A stretch of DNA of 64,000 nt from Acanthaster planci (Eukaryota): the NCBI RefSeq assembly GCF_001949145.1, contig NW_019091361.1, positions 2,052,919-2,116,918 on the forward strand, written 5' to 3'. A program made the translations under genes and the position numbers. Of this stretch, positions 1-10,157 are shown one piece after another (position 1 is the stretch's first letter; each line of letters opens with the position of its first letter). The notes under the pieces are model-generated. The model searched no databases and was not told where the DNA came from. It was given only the letters and a program-made list of their open reading frames with translations.

Positions 1-266
1 TGTCTCCAGTAGTCAAGAAGGATTTTTCTCCGACAACCATCCAAGAAAAACCTGCAAAATCAGCGGAGGGAGCTGGGAGAATGTCAACGGCATCACGTAG
101 CACAACAGACATCACGAGCTTCAAAATCGCTCCATCTCAGCTCACGACGAGAGTAACATCACCGCGGTGGGTAATGAGGGACCCGCGGAGTAATAGTCAG
201 GCGCCCTCATCGGTGACTCTGCATCAAGACACAACCCAAGAAGCAACCCCGACTCACCGGAACATC
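1..266 (+). CDS. Internal coding exon (5'-truncated by window) of kinase gene; Ser/Thr/Pro-rich low-complexity region
   Basis: Frame open from base 3 (SPVVKKDFSPTTIQEKPAKS...PTHRNI), ending at phase-0 donor ATC|GTGAGC (267). An alternative phase-0 donor TGG|GTAATG lies at 171. Phase matches exon 383-550. Confidence 0.65.
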
Positions 267-382
267 GTGAGCTTATTTGAGAGCTAACTTCGTACACGTT
301 GTTACACGATTAAATTACTATGCCTGTGCGACAGTAGATCCTTCATTCGATAATTGCCTCGCTCCCTGTCTCGTTGATTCAG

Positions 383-550
383 TTGGATGTCAAACCTGAC
401 GTCTTGGCGGCGGAGATGCAAACATTTTCACTTAGAGCGAAACAGCGCCGAATCCAGGAGATCACCGCCTACATCAAGAGAAGAATAGATCTGCAAACCC
501 TCAGAGATTTGACCAGCAACACGTCGGTATATACCAGTGACGAGAGAAAG
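383..550 (+). CDS. Internal coding exon of kinase gene (predicted helical segment LDVKPDVLAAEMQ...SDERK)
   Basis: Acceptor ctgtctcgttgattcAG at 381-382, donor AAG|GTAAGA at 551; 168 nt, open, phase 0/0. Confidence 0.8.
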
Positions 551-840
551 GTAAGACAGTGGTATTTAATTGACCTCTTTGGTTTGGGAGCAGGCCTTCT
601 GTGTTCTGACAATTTCAGGGATTAGTTGACGACTTGAAGGTTTGACCAAGAGTGACGTTGTTGATTTTTTGCTCTGTTTGGGGTGCTCAGGATGTTTGGT
701 TTATTTTCGACCGTCGTTGTGCTATGTCTAAATGTCTTTATTTTGTTACACTAAACAGTGTAAGATGATGATTAATCTCGATATCATATTCAGGTTTTTA
801 CCCGTCTTATACTGACACTCTGATGTCATCTTTCATCCAG

Positions 841-917
841 GAAATCGAAGAAAATGGTAAGAGAGCTGAGACACTGCTGAACCAGTTAAAGATTGTGGTC
901 GAAGAAACTAATAAAAG
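841..917 (+). CDS. Internal coding exon of kinase gene (EIEENGKRAETLLNQLKIVVEETNK, coiled-coil-like)
   Basis: Acceptor tctttcatccAG at 839-840, donor AAG|GTAGGA at 918; 77 nt, phase 0/2; joins in frame to the kinase exon (AG+G = Arg). Confidence 0.8.
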
Positions 918-1077
918 GTAGGACTAATTAGAAATCAAATTTTAAAAATCTCCAAGAATATTGATTAAGAGTTGGGATCCAGAGAAAAAGTTTAGTAACA
1001 GGTACAATAAAACGAGTCATCATTTTTGTCTTAATTATGGCATTTACTCTCATTTACTATTTTGAACACTACAATAG

Positions 1078-2311
1078 GAAACAGCGGAAAAGCAGAACAT
1101 CTCACCACAAGCAGCAGCATCTGTCTGTGAGCGGGCACGTCAGCAGGACCAAATTTAATCTGAGTAGAAACACAGGGCGTTCTGTTCAGAACTGTGTTTT
1201 GAGTCAGGCAACCCAAGTGGCAACAGTAACCCCCTCCTGTGCGCCTCAACCAGCGTTGCCAGCAACCCCGAAGGTTCCTTCTGGGAAGAGTGCAATTTCA
1301 ACATCGCAGCCCCCTACTAAGCCATCGAAATCAAAGACACCATCCCCTTGCCCTGCTATTAACAGAAAGACATTCCTGAAGTCCATTCAGAAACAAGGAT
1401 CTCCAGCCCAACCCAAAGCTACCAGCTCCAAGGACCTACAAGCTTTAGGCCTTCCCATCATTGACGAGAAAGATGTCCAGCCTGTGGAGACTAAGAAAGG
1501 AACTCCCATCAAACTTGGAATTGGGAATTATGGAGGCGTATACCTCATGAGATCTCACTTGGATGGTACTCTCATGGCCGTTAAACGGCTAACACAAGTA
1601 GGAGGGTGCCAAAGCCAAGACAAACGAACCCAGGAAATGTTGCGAGAAATACGTGCCATGGAGGCAGTGAAATCTTGCAGAGTCTTCCCCAAGTTCCTGG
1701 GAGTACTTGACCTCTATTCCTTCGGTCAGGAGTTCGTCGGGAATAGCCGCACGATGAAGTCTTGGAGTGCCCTCAAATTGCTGTACAAAAATTCCAAGGG
1801 TCCTCGTCTGCTGCCTCTGGATTGGGTGAGAATCTGCATTGACGTCACCGAAGGACTTGACACGCTTCATCGAGCTGGTTGGACGCACAACGACCTGCAC
1901 TTTGGTAACATCATGGTCTGGCGAGATCCCAAGAAACTAACTGCAACCTGGGAGGGCAAAATCATTGATTTAGGGAAAGCCTCGCGAATCAAGAGCCCAC
2001 CGCCGCCTATGATCTTAACCTTCGTACAAATGATGTTCGCCTTCAAAAACTGCACTCAGTTGGCGCCAGAAATTGTGGAGGGCAGGAGCAGGTACAACGT
2101 AAAGTCGGACATCTACAGTCTTGGGATTGTGTTGCAAGACATCGCTAAAGAGAACCGACTCCTGTCTGGTTTCAAGACGATAGGAGACAGGTGTGTGTTT
2201 GAGGAACCGAACCGGAGACCAGAGCTGAAGACAATCTTGAAAGAACTCAACCAGCTGCGTGAGAAGTTCGTCAACCCAAAGCGCGTCGCTAAAACCAAAA
2301 GCACGCGGTAA
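1078..2311 (+). CDS. Terminal exon encoding a Pro/Ser/Lys-rich linker plus a complete, divergent protein kinase domain
   Basis: Acceptor acaatAG at 1076-1077 is in frame with ORF 1037-2311. Kinase subdomains: LGIGNYGGVY (Gly loop), MAVKRL (VAIK Lys), REIRAM (helix-C Glu), HNDLHFGN (catalytic loop), IIDLG (DFG-like), QLAPE, SDIYSLG, RRP. Stop TAA at 2309-2311. Confidence 0.92.
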
Positions 2312-2435
2312 ATAGAATAAGGGATTTGAGAGAAGACAACTTTAAAAGATATAAGATAAATTTTGGAACTCAGAGCTTCTTCCGGTTTTAATTACCATTC
2401 CATTTTTAGTACGTACAAATGAATTACTGTTTGAA

Positions 2436-2441
2436 AATAAA
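2436..2441 (+). terminator. Candidate polyadenylation signal of kinase gene
   Basis: First canonical AATAAA seen ~125 nt after the stop codon, followed by GT/T-rich sequence. Confidence 0.5.
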
Positions 2442-2562
2442 TTAATCGAACGGTATTGGCATTCAGTTGTTCTGATGTCGACCAGAATTTCGATTTCTGA
2501 GTGTTACAATTGGAGGATTGTTAAAAACCAAGCACCGGTATGCTAAAACATCCAAATTCCTC

Positions 2563-2593
2563 TTTATTCGTATATAACACGTTCATTTTTATT
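2563..2593 (-). terminator. Candidate polyadenylation signals (two AATAAA on minus strand) of the GPCR transcript
   Basis: TTTATT on + at 2563-2568 and 2588-2593. Region 2600-4150 is U-rich on the minus strand, as expected for a 3' UTR. Confidence 0.35.
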
Positions 2594-3118
2594 CACGGTT
2601 CGTAAATTGGTATTAGTGATTTCCGCCAACTTACAAATTGTAGAATCCACATTAAGCGGAAGAAAAGGAAAAGCCAATATGAACACATAAACACTGTTTG
2701 CACAAGCATGTGAAACTACACGCAAAACTACAATATAATACTATAAAATAAATTCATAAAAAGAAATCACATTAAATGACAAAAATGTGGAAGGTGTTAG
2801 CTTTGATCAACATTTAACTGTGCTTTTGGTACAACAAAGTATGAGTTAATAGAGGAAACAGATAAATTACTATCTATAATTATTACGGTCATCATTATCA
2901 ACATTTACAGTCGTGTAAACTTTTAGTCTAAATGCTTCCTAAAGTCCTTCGTCCACAGTCTTTACTAGGCTAAAAACCTCAAACGTGAACATTTATAAAA
3001 TTATTGTTTTGAACTCATGAACAAACAAGTTTTTTTATAGTTATGAACAAATATCATCTCAACAGACCTTCAGGTGGAAAGCACATTCATTTAGTTTTCA
3101 ATTCTACATCTGCCTGTG

Positions 3119-3364
3119 CAAGGACGGATCAGGGGGCCAATGGGGGCGTGCCCCGCCCCCCCAAAAAAGTGAGCTAAAAATGATGTTTCGATAAAATGAG
3201 AGAACGGTGCTTTATTCGATGCATTTTTTCTCTTCTTCAAAAAGCGTGTGAAAAGCCCCCAAATATAATTTCACCCCTAAGAAGGCAAGGTTACATAAAA
3301 AATTAACATTTTTCTCCCCCTGAAAGTAAACAAGCCCTCCTATTCGGCTTTTGGATTTGCCCTT
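3119..3364 (+). mobile_element. MITE-like non-autonomous DNA element, family A copy 1
   Basis: Imperfect termini CAAGGACGGATC...GGATTTGCCCTT. Internal blocks (AAAAAGCGTGT, AAGGTTACAT, TAAACAAGCCC) are shared with the reverse complement of 8180-8444. Confidence 0.7.
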
Positions 3365-4152
3365 ATGCTAGTGCTTTAACTTGAAATGTACAATTATAAT
3401 TATATGTGGGTTTTCATTACATTACATTTACTAATGTTTTGTAATGTATTTCATAATAAAAGTGAAAAATTATATCGTTTCAGACTTTAACCTCTGTATT
3501 TCGGACATTAGCAACATCATTAGTCCAAACGGTATCCAAATCGCGATCTGTACAATTCCCTTTTAGGATTTACTATGTAGCGAATAATTTATGATAACAA
3601 ATAGCCCGGCTATATTAACTTAGGGAATTAAATACAGCGTTGCTTATGGGACTTTAATTTGCTGAAAATCAATTGCCATTCTCAGAAGCCTTCAATCAGG
3701 ATTAAATATTTGAAAACCAGTATCTTGGAAGGTTGATATGGTCCACATCTTAGTCTGGTTGTTACTGTTTTGAGGTCCATCATGGATTGGATTTGGGATT
3801 CATGATTAACTACGTATCAGGGAGATACATATAAATGACAAAAATACAAAATCGTTTGCAAAATATCCCATATGGCTACTACATGTACTGCGTTCAGACA
3901 CAAATCTTGCCAATTTAATAATATACTCGTCCAAGAAATCAATTAATCAAATTGCCCATAATTATCTTTCCGTCGAGTCACAATTCCAAACTTGTCGGGG
4001 GAAAATACACTGAAACAGTATAGCCAAACGTTCGGAAGAGGCCTAACATATCAAACCAGTACAGCATCGCTTCAAACCATTTAACAAAGGAGAAATCTTT
4101 TTTCAGAGAAAGCTAATGTCCCTCAATAGTTGCAATAGTCCAAAGCAAAGGC

Positions 4153-5322
4153 TTATAAACTCCATCTCCTGTCTAGACCATTCATCACAATCCTATCCTC
4201 TCCATCCACCTCGACGATGTAAGGATACCCATGGACAGTGTGCATAGAGGTTGTCACTGACGGCCCCTTGCCAGCTTTGGAGCCTCTCTCACTCAAGTAC
4301 CGATTGGGTGAGGTTGGCAAGCGTCGCCCACGACCGATCCCTCGGACGTCGCTTCCTTTCCCAAAGGGGATGGCTTCAACGAAGCGATCGCGGATGTCTC
4401 CACTGAGGAAGACGTACAGCAAAGGTTTTACTGCAGAGTACGCGTAGGCGTAACAGGCCACAGTGGTATGGGACAGGAAATCACCGCGAGTCGTCGCCTC
4501 GCTGTGGATCCCTGGCTGGAGAAACGAGATGACATGATGGGGGAGCCAGAGCAGGGCCTGGGCACAGATGAGAGACGCGATCAGTAGTACAGTGGTTCGC
4601 GTCTGCTTGCTGCGTGGCTGGCTTTCATCCTTGGCGGGTCTCCAGAAGTTACCATTGGACTTGTACAAAATCCAGAGGAGGCATCCTAAGGTAAACACCA
4701 CCGGGACGCAAAAACTAACAATGAAGGTGTACAGTTGGATAACGAGTGTAGGGCCAGGCATACTCACTGTGCAGAAGGATGAGTGGTATAACGTCTGTGT
4801 GCTCTTGGTGTTAACGGATACCGGAATCGTGAGAATGACAGCACTTAGCCAGATCATAAGGTTGGCAACGACAGATTTTCCGAGGTCTCGTCGCGGGGCG
4901 TACGAATTGGGCAGTGCGATTACAAGGCACTCGTCCAGTGCCAAGACGCCCACTGTACAAGCACCAACCGTCTCAGTCATGTGATTGAAGGGGAGCAGGA
5001 ACCTACAAGCCGGACTGCCGAACGGCCAGTCCTCCAGGACAAACTCAGCGGCGAAGAAGGGACCTGTTGTGATAAGAAGGAGTAAATCTACAGCAGCCAG
5101 GCTGGCAAGGAAGACATCCAACACGGCCTGGGATTTACCTCCCCTCAGAGCCCGCAAATTGACATACAGAAGGCTTGCGTTTCCGAAGACTCCAACGACC
5201 AGAGTCAAAGCCATGACACTTGGGGCGACGTATCGGAGAGGTTGCTCCCTGAGGTAGAGAACGGGAATCGTTGGTAATGTCGTCGGTGATGGAGCTCCGT
5301 CCTTGGTGATATTTTCACCCAT
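4153..5322 (-). CDS. Class A (rhodopsin-like) 7TM GPCR, galanin/allatostatin-A receptor-related, GPR151-like orphan; 389 aa, intronless CDS
   Basis: First ATG at 5322 (MGENIT, N-glycosylation sequon). Seven hydrophobic segments with GN (TM1), LAxxD (TM2), WPFG + Cys (ECL1/TM3), W...P (TM4), ECL2 Cys, FxxP (TM5), WLP (TM6), SAVKPLLY (TM7) and helix 8 (SGDIRDRF). Confidence 0.93.
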   Translation of the reverse strand: MGENITKDGAPSPTTLPTIPVLYLREQPLRYVAPSVMALTLVVGVFGNASLLYVNLRALRGGKSQAVLDVFLASLAAVDLLLLITTGPFFAAEFVLEDWPFGSPACRFLLPFNHMTETVGACTVGVLALDECLVIALPNSYAPRRDLGKSVVANLMIWLSAVILTIPVSVNTKSTQTLYHSSFCTVSMPGPTLVIQLYTFIVSFCVPVVFTLGCLLWILYKSNGNFWRPAKDESQPRSKQTRTTVLLIASLICAQALLWLPHHVISFLQPGIHSEATTRGDFLSHTTVACYAYAYSAVKPLLYVFLSGDIRDRFVEAIPFGKGSDVRGIGRGRRLPTSPNRYLSERGSKAGKGPSVTTSMHTVHGYPYIVEVDGEDRIVMNGLDRRWSL

Positions 5323-5387
5323 GATGCCAGGGATTTTATCGAGAGATGAATGGTAAAACAAGAGAAACAAGAACCCTTAGCATCAAA

Positions 5388-5500
5388 CTGCAGAGAGCTA
5401 AAGGATCCACCGCTAGTTTAAGGTCTTTTTTGGGTGGACAGATCAGCGACGCTTTCCCTCTCACTCACAGTAAACATGTGTCTCGACTGTTACAACTTAC
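5388..5500 (-). other. Candidate 113-nt intron in the GPCR 5' UTR
   Basis: Minus-strand donor AAC|GTAAGT at 5500 and acceptor ctctctgCAG at 5388, 65 nt before the ATG. Size matches the kinase gene's short introns. Another GTAAGT at 5867 is an alternative donor. Confidence 0.4.
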
Positions 5501-6453
5501 GTTCGTTGTTACTGCTCGTCGCATCAAATGGGCTTAGACATCGAATTACCACCTTTAATAGATGTTCCATTTTCGTGAGTCAACCGGATATACCACCACT
5601 TCTAACAATCAATAATATTAGTCTACGACAAAATCCATATTCAGATCTTCATCATTGATTTATCATTCTGATGAGTGTTCTGCTACCGCCTATAGCTGCT
5701 TTAATCTATAGAGCTACGGGTTATTGTTCGTAGGTCTTTGAATCACCGAATGTCGGCATCTCTGTTATGGAGAAAATTAATAAGGTCAAAGTTTCCCAGT
5801 AGTATTAACAAACTTCATCGAGCTATTTAAAATTATCTAGCGCATTCAACATTATCCCTATACTTACAACTGATGGATTTCGTCGTTACAGAATCATACC
5901 TGGTTGAAACTAGGGAAAAATGTTTTTTTTTTAGTCGTCTGATGATTACACTGAGTGAGCTTCTAAAAGAAGTGTTGCTGTGTGGGGATGACAAATATAA
6001 AACACGTGAGATGATTTGATATAATTGTTGCTGATTCACTTCTCTCAGTAAAACAAGCAGAGCAGTTATTACATTTCACCGTGACATACGATACCCGTGG
6101 GATGTCTGCATCTAGTTAGACTTGCCAGCACACCGGTAGATGATGATCGTTTGGAGTCATCGATTACCCTCCATCAATTCATGAGTAGAGCCCCTTTGAA
6201 CTAATTAGTTACCCCCAGATGGCTTTCTCTGCATGCGAGTGGAAGCGAGACCCGATGCAGCTATTACCGTGCGTCCTGAACCATAATTGAGGGGAACCAG
6301 CTTTCAAACCGAGGCCAGGATTAGTTTCCTCTGGCAATTATCACTCAGAAGTAAGAAATAGATAAGGTGGTGTCTATCAGACTGGACTGAGCTGAAGTGC
6401 ACAAAGATTTTAAAAGTTAGAGGACCCAACATTTCAATCCTAGCGGAATCCTT

Positions 6454-6530
6454 CTTGAAGGCAAGATTTGGCATAGTTTATTGTAATGATTACGATTTTT
6501 AAGGCTAACAACATGTTGTTCGTAGTCAAG
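6454..6530 (+). ncRNA. Degenerate miR-31-like hairpin (possible paralogue or pseudogene)
   Basis: 6459-6476 AGGCAAGAT-TTGGCATAG matches 18 nt of mature miR-31 (AGGCAAGAUGUUGGCAUAGCU, recalled) with one deleted G. A partly complementary 3' arm (GGCTAACAACATGTTGTT) follows ~23 nt later. Confidence 0.35.
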
Positions 6531-7435
6531 CTTTAACTCTGAGAAACTTATTTTTTCTTACAAATGCTGAGAAAAATTTCAAATAATTTCAAATATGCTA
6601 TTCAAATTCGAATTCGGCTTAAGTCTAATAATGTATCACTTTTTACAATTCACCCAACCAGTATTACATTTGTTTCTTTGGGGATATATCATACATTAAC
6701 GGAAATGGAGATTGCTTCCAAAAAGTTTCCCAGGTGTATTGTGAATAGTGCATGTAGTTCAAACACTGTGTTCACTCGTGGGCCTTTGAAAAAAGAAAAA
6801 GAACTCTCGCTGTAGACCAACAAGCACTAGTCATAGTTTGACGGACTTCGAGTGGCAAGAAGTACTACGACCCATATCTGGATGATTAGAAGTATTTTTA
6901 GAATGAGACATAATCAGTTGTAGTAAGTCGTGACTGTCAATGACGTAATCCTGTGAATGTTCCTACGCCCAACGTGCCAAAAAGAGATATCAGTTGAGTT
7001 AAAGTGACCTACTGCATATTTTGCTCATTTATCCGAAAAGCGTGCCAGTGATTAATGTTTAGCCTTGGATTTCTATCTTACTAGCTGTCAACTAGAATAA
7101 CCACCACACTTTCAGCAGTTTGGTTTGAGACCATTTCCGGAGTCATCCTTCATGGAAAGCATTGGCTAGTGAGTCACAAAATGAGTCTCGTCTCAGGAAA
7201 GAAGAGCAGTAATTGAAATCAGCATGTAGCCCGTAGACAGGAATTAGATAAATTACCAAATGCGTCGAGGAGATAGAGAGGAAAACACATTGAACATTAA
7301 GGAGGTGCAACTCTTGAAAGATGATGAAAGTAAAACTGTCAAGCTACGGTTTCTGCCTATAATACCCCCTATTTTTTTGACAGCTTCTGAGAAACGTTAC
7401 TTACTGCTACTAGCTATGGTGTTCCATATGTGCCA

Positions 7436-7584
7436 GTCGCATTTTTCGACAGGCGTCACATTTTTCAACGTGCGTCGCATTTTTCAACCGTCGTCGCATT
7501 TTTCGATGGGCGTCGCATTTTTCAACGTGCGTCGCATTTTTCAACGGGCGTCGCATTTTTCGACTTGCGTCGCCTTTCAATGTG
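7436..7584. repeat. 19-bp minisatellite, 7 full + 1 partial units
   Basis: Unit GTCGCATTTTTC + 7 variable nt starting at 7436, 7455, 7474, 7493, 7512, 7531, 7550, 7569. Confidence 0.95.
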
Positions 7585-8179
7585 AAGCCAGCACAACAGA
7601 AAATTGCCGTGACACAAACTCTATTTGGCGCCCTCTGTCCTTCTTTGAGCAGCTGAGAAAGTACAAGGCGCTGTTCAAGACAGTGTGGATGTTAATTCGA
7701 TTCGCCTTCACCGGGGAAATTTAGCACATGTACGCTCATTCCTTCCTTATTTTCAGAGACTTAGCAAGTGCCGGAACCAAATTTTTGGGGAAATAATTTT
7801 GGGAGGCTAAAACATTTGACTATTTTACGTAATCTCGCGGTCTATCCTGGCGTGAGGCTAGATTTTGATTTGTCTTACACACTTCGGAGAGGGAACAAAA
7901 ATGAATACTGGCAAAAAGACTCGTCCCTTATTTGCACTTTCATCCGTTGGGGACGGCAAAATTATTAGCACACCCCATTTACTCGATCGGTTCAAAAAAT
8001 CTATCCTGTTGGTGGAACTCAAACCTAGAACCTCCTGCTTCCTAGTACAGATATCTTAACCACCGAGCACCTAGCTGGGCCCATCCACTTCTGGTGAAGC
8101 AACGGGTACCTCAGACTGTCGATTGGTAACTGTCGATGGAATTGGGCTTCGGGAGGATGTAAATTTCAGAGTGTGAGTT

Positions 8180-8444
8180 CAAGGGAGGGGTCTAGGACCA
8201 AATTTTCGGGGGGGGGGGCTTGTTTAGGGAGGCAAAAACTTTCGAATTTTTTTTAATGTAACCTTCATTGGCCTTTCTAGGGGTAGGGTGAACCTGCATG
8301 GGGGGGTTACACGCTTTTTAGAAGAGAGAAATGAAATAGAGAAAACAAAGCAAAACAAAAAGCCTTTCTCTCGCTTTTTTATTTTTGATTTTAATTTAGG
8401 CCGGGGGATGGCCCCGTTGCCACCCATACCCCAAGCCGCCCTTG
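8180..8444 (-). mobile_element. MITE-like element, family A copy 2 (opposite orientation to 3119-3364)
   Basis: Termini CAAGGGAGGG...CCGCCCTTG, G-runs, and collinear internal similarity to 3119-3364. Confidence 0.7.
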
Positions 8445-10047
8445 AGTGGGTCAAGTTCCATCCAATCTGGTGTATCAAATTCACATCGCCCCGCCGCAAA
8501 AAAAAAAAAAAATGCCACCATTTCGCCTTGGGTCTTCTGGCCCGATCCTGAGGGTTGTCATGTAATCCTACTAGTCCTCCCAACTCACTTCTCCTAGGTG
8601 TCTTCAGGATTGTGAATAACTCTTTTGTGCGCTCTCTTGAGGAATCATTGGCCTAAGTACCAAAAAAGCGCCAAGTCTCTAGCGATTTTAGCTGGTCTTT
8701 ATTTTGAGACCGGAGCGTGAAATGAGAAAACCACGAATTGGCCCAGTTCGATTTCGAGGTCGATGTTTTTCAATATACATGCATATATAGTTCCATCGAC
8801 CGAAGGGACGTTTTTACGTGTCTGAAAAATGGATTGAAGTTGAGGAGAGTAATAATGTACTTGACTTAAAACCTCAACGGTTTATTTCATCTCATGGCAG
8901 ATGTTTCAGCCATACGGCTTTAGACAAGCGGAACAATGCTCCTCGGGCTATTTGAATTTCATGTTGTGATAAAAACAAAGTTTCGGTTGTAAAATTAATT
9001 GTCCAGATGGAAGCATTCAATTTAAATCGATATTCCAATCCTACTCGCTAATTAAGTTCAACAAGCCGACCTCGTGCATTATTCACTGAATTAAGCACGC
9101 CTAGCGTCCCGGTGGAAGGCCATCTTTCATGATAACGCTGGGGTATGACCAAACTCCTGATGACTGCGAATGTTGGAAATGAGCCGTGATGACTGTTTCT
9201 GAATGAAGATATCTGCGTGTACCATGAGACAAAAATGAACGATCTGGCGACAAAAAAAAGTTTCGCGCAATGATGGACCCAGGTTTTGAGTCTGAGTGGT
9301 AGAGGGGACAATGTAGGGATTTGGTTCCTAAAATAGAGAAAATAAGGGGGGGGATCTGAAACACGTCTGGGGGAAATAGGTTGTATTCATGAGTCGGCCA
9401 TCTTGAAGTGAAAGTGAGGTTAAACTTTTTACTTGGGGAACCAAAAAGTAAACATAACCGTTGAGGGACGGAATAAAAGTTCACACAAATTCATGCAAGA
9501 TATTGTTTAGAAAAATTTGCATTGTGACAAATTCTGTTTTATCTTTTAAGCCATATTTAAAAATGAAAGTGAGGTTTGAAGCCTAAAATAGTCAGGGCAC
9601 CACCCAAAAGAACAGATTATATCGAATACGATTGACTTAGGAAACGAGATGGCGTTTCCCAAGAATAAGGTCTAGGCCCTATTCCCATACCACACAAGAT
9701 ATGTCACTGCACTGTGCATGTGAGTGTTTTGCTCGAATTCTTGTAAAACTCATGTGACATTTTGATGAGGCTTCAGAGCTTCACAGGGGAAAAACGATAA
9801 TTTACGGGGGTTTTTTTGCGATAATGCGTTTGATTTATCTTGGTGAAGCGGAAATCCATAACCTGTCGACATCAAGTTTCTCCCTTTTGACGAAAATCGA
9901 ATGTGACGCCTGGAACTGAGATACCTGCAAGATGTGACACTGGATTGTTAGAGAAAAGGAAAAGCCAACTTAAGAACACTAAACGTGTTGACCAGTTCAT
10001 AACAGGTTGGTTCCGTTCGGATTGCGTGAGACTATCGCGAGGGACGG

Positions 10048-10157
10048 GAGGCATGGGACTTGATATGGAATCCCTCCTTCAATTCATCGACCCCATAAAA
10101 CTCTTTTTTTTTAAAAACCCTTAAGTACCCCTTAGTGAAAGATCCCACCCATGCCTC
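10048..10157. mobile_element. Small MITE-like element bounded by a perfect 10-bp inverted repeat
   Basis: GAGGCATGGG (10048-10057) ... CCCATGCCTC (10148-10157). Confidence 0.45.

Noticed and set aside
1037..1077. ATG at 1037 as the kinase start codon
   Set aside because: It lies in AT-rich intron-like sequence just upstream of an in-frame acceptor; the upstream exons splice in with the correct phase.
1589..5257. Antisense ORFs overlapping the kinase and GPCR
   Set aside because: Shadow ORFs of real coding sequence with no recognisable motifs.
5323..5370. N-terminal 16 aa of the 405-aa GPCR ORF
   Set aside because: The ORF track starts at TTG; the first ATG is at 5322.
7436..7584. CRISPR-like array
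   Set aside because: The constant part is only 12 nt, the 7-nt variable parts are related to each other, there are no cas genes and the context is eukaryotic; it is a minisatellite (which also explains ORF 7260-7724).
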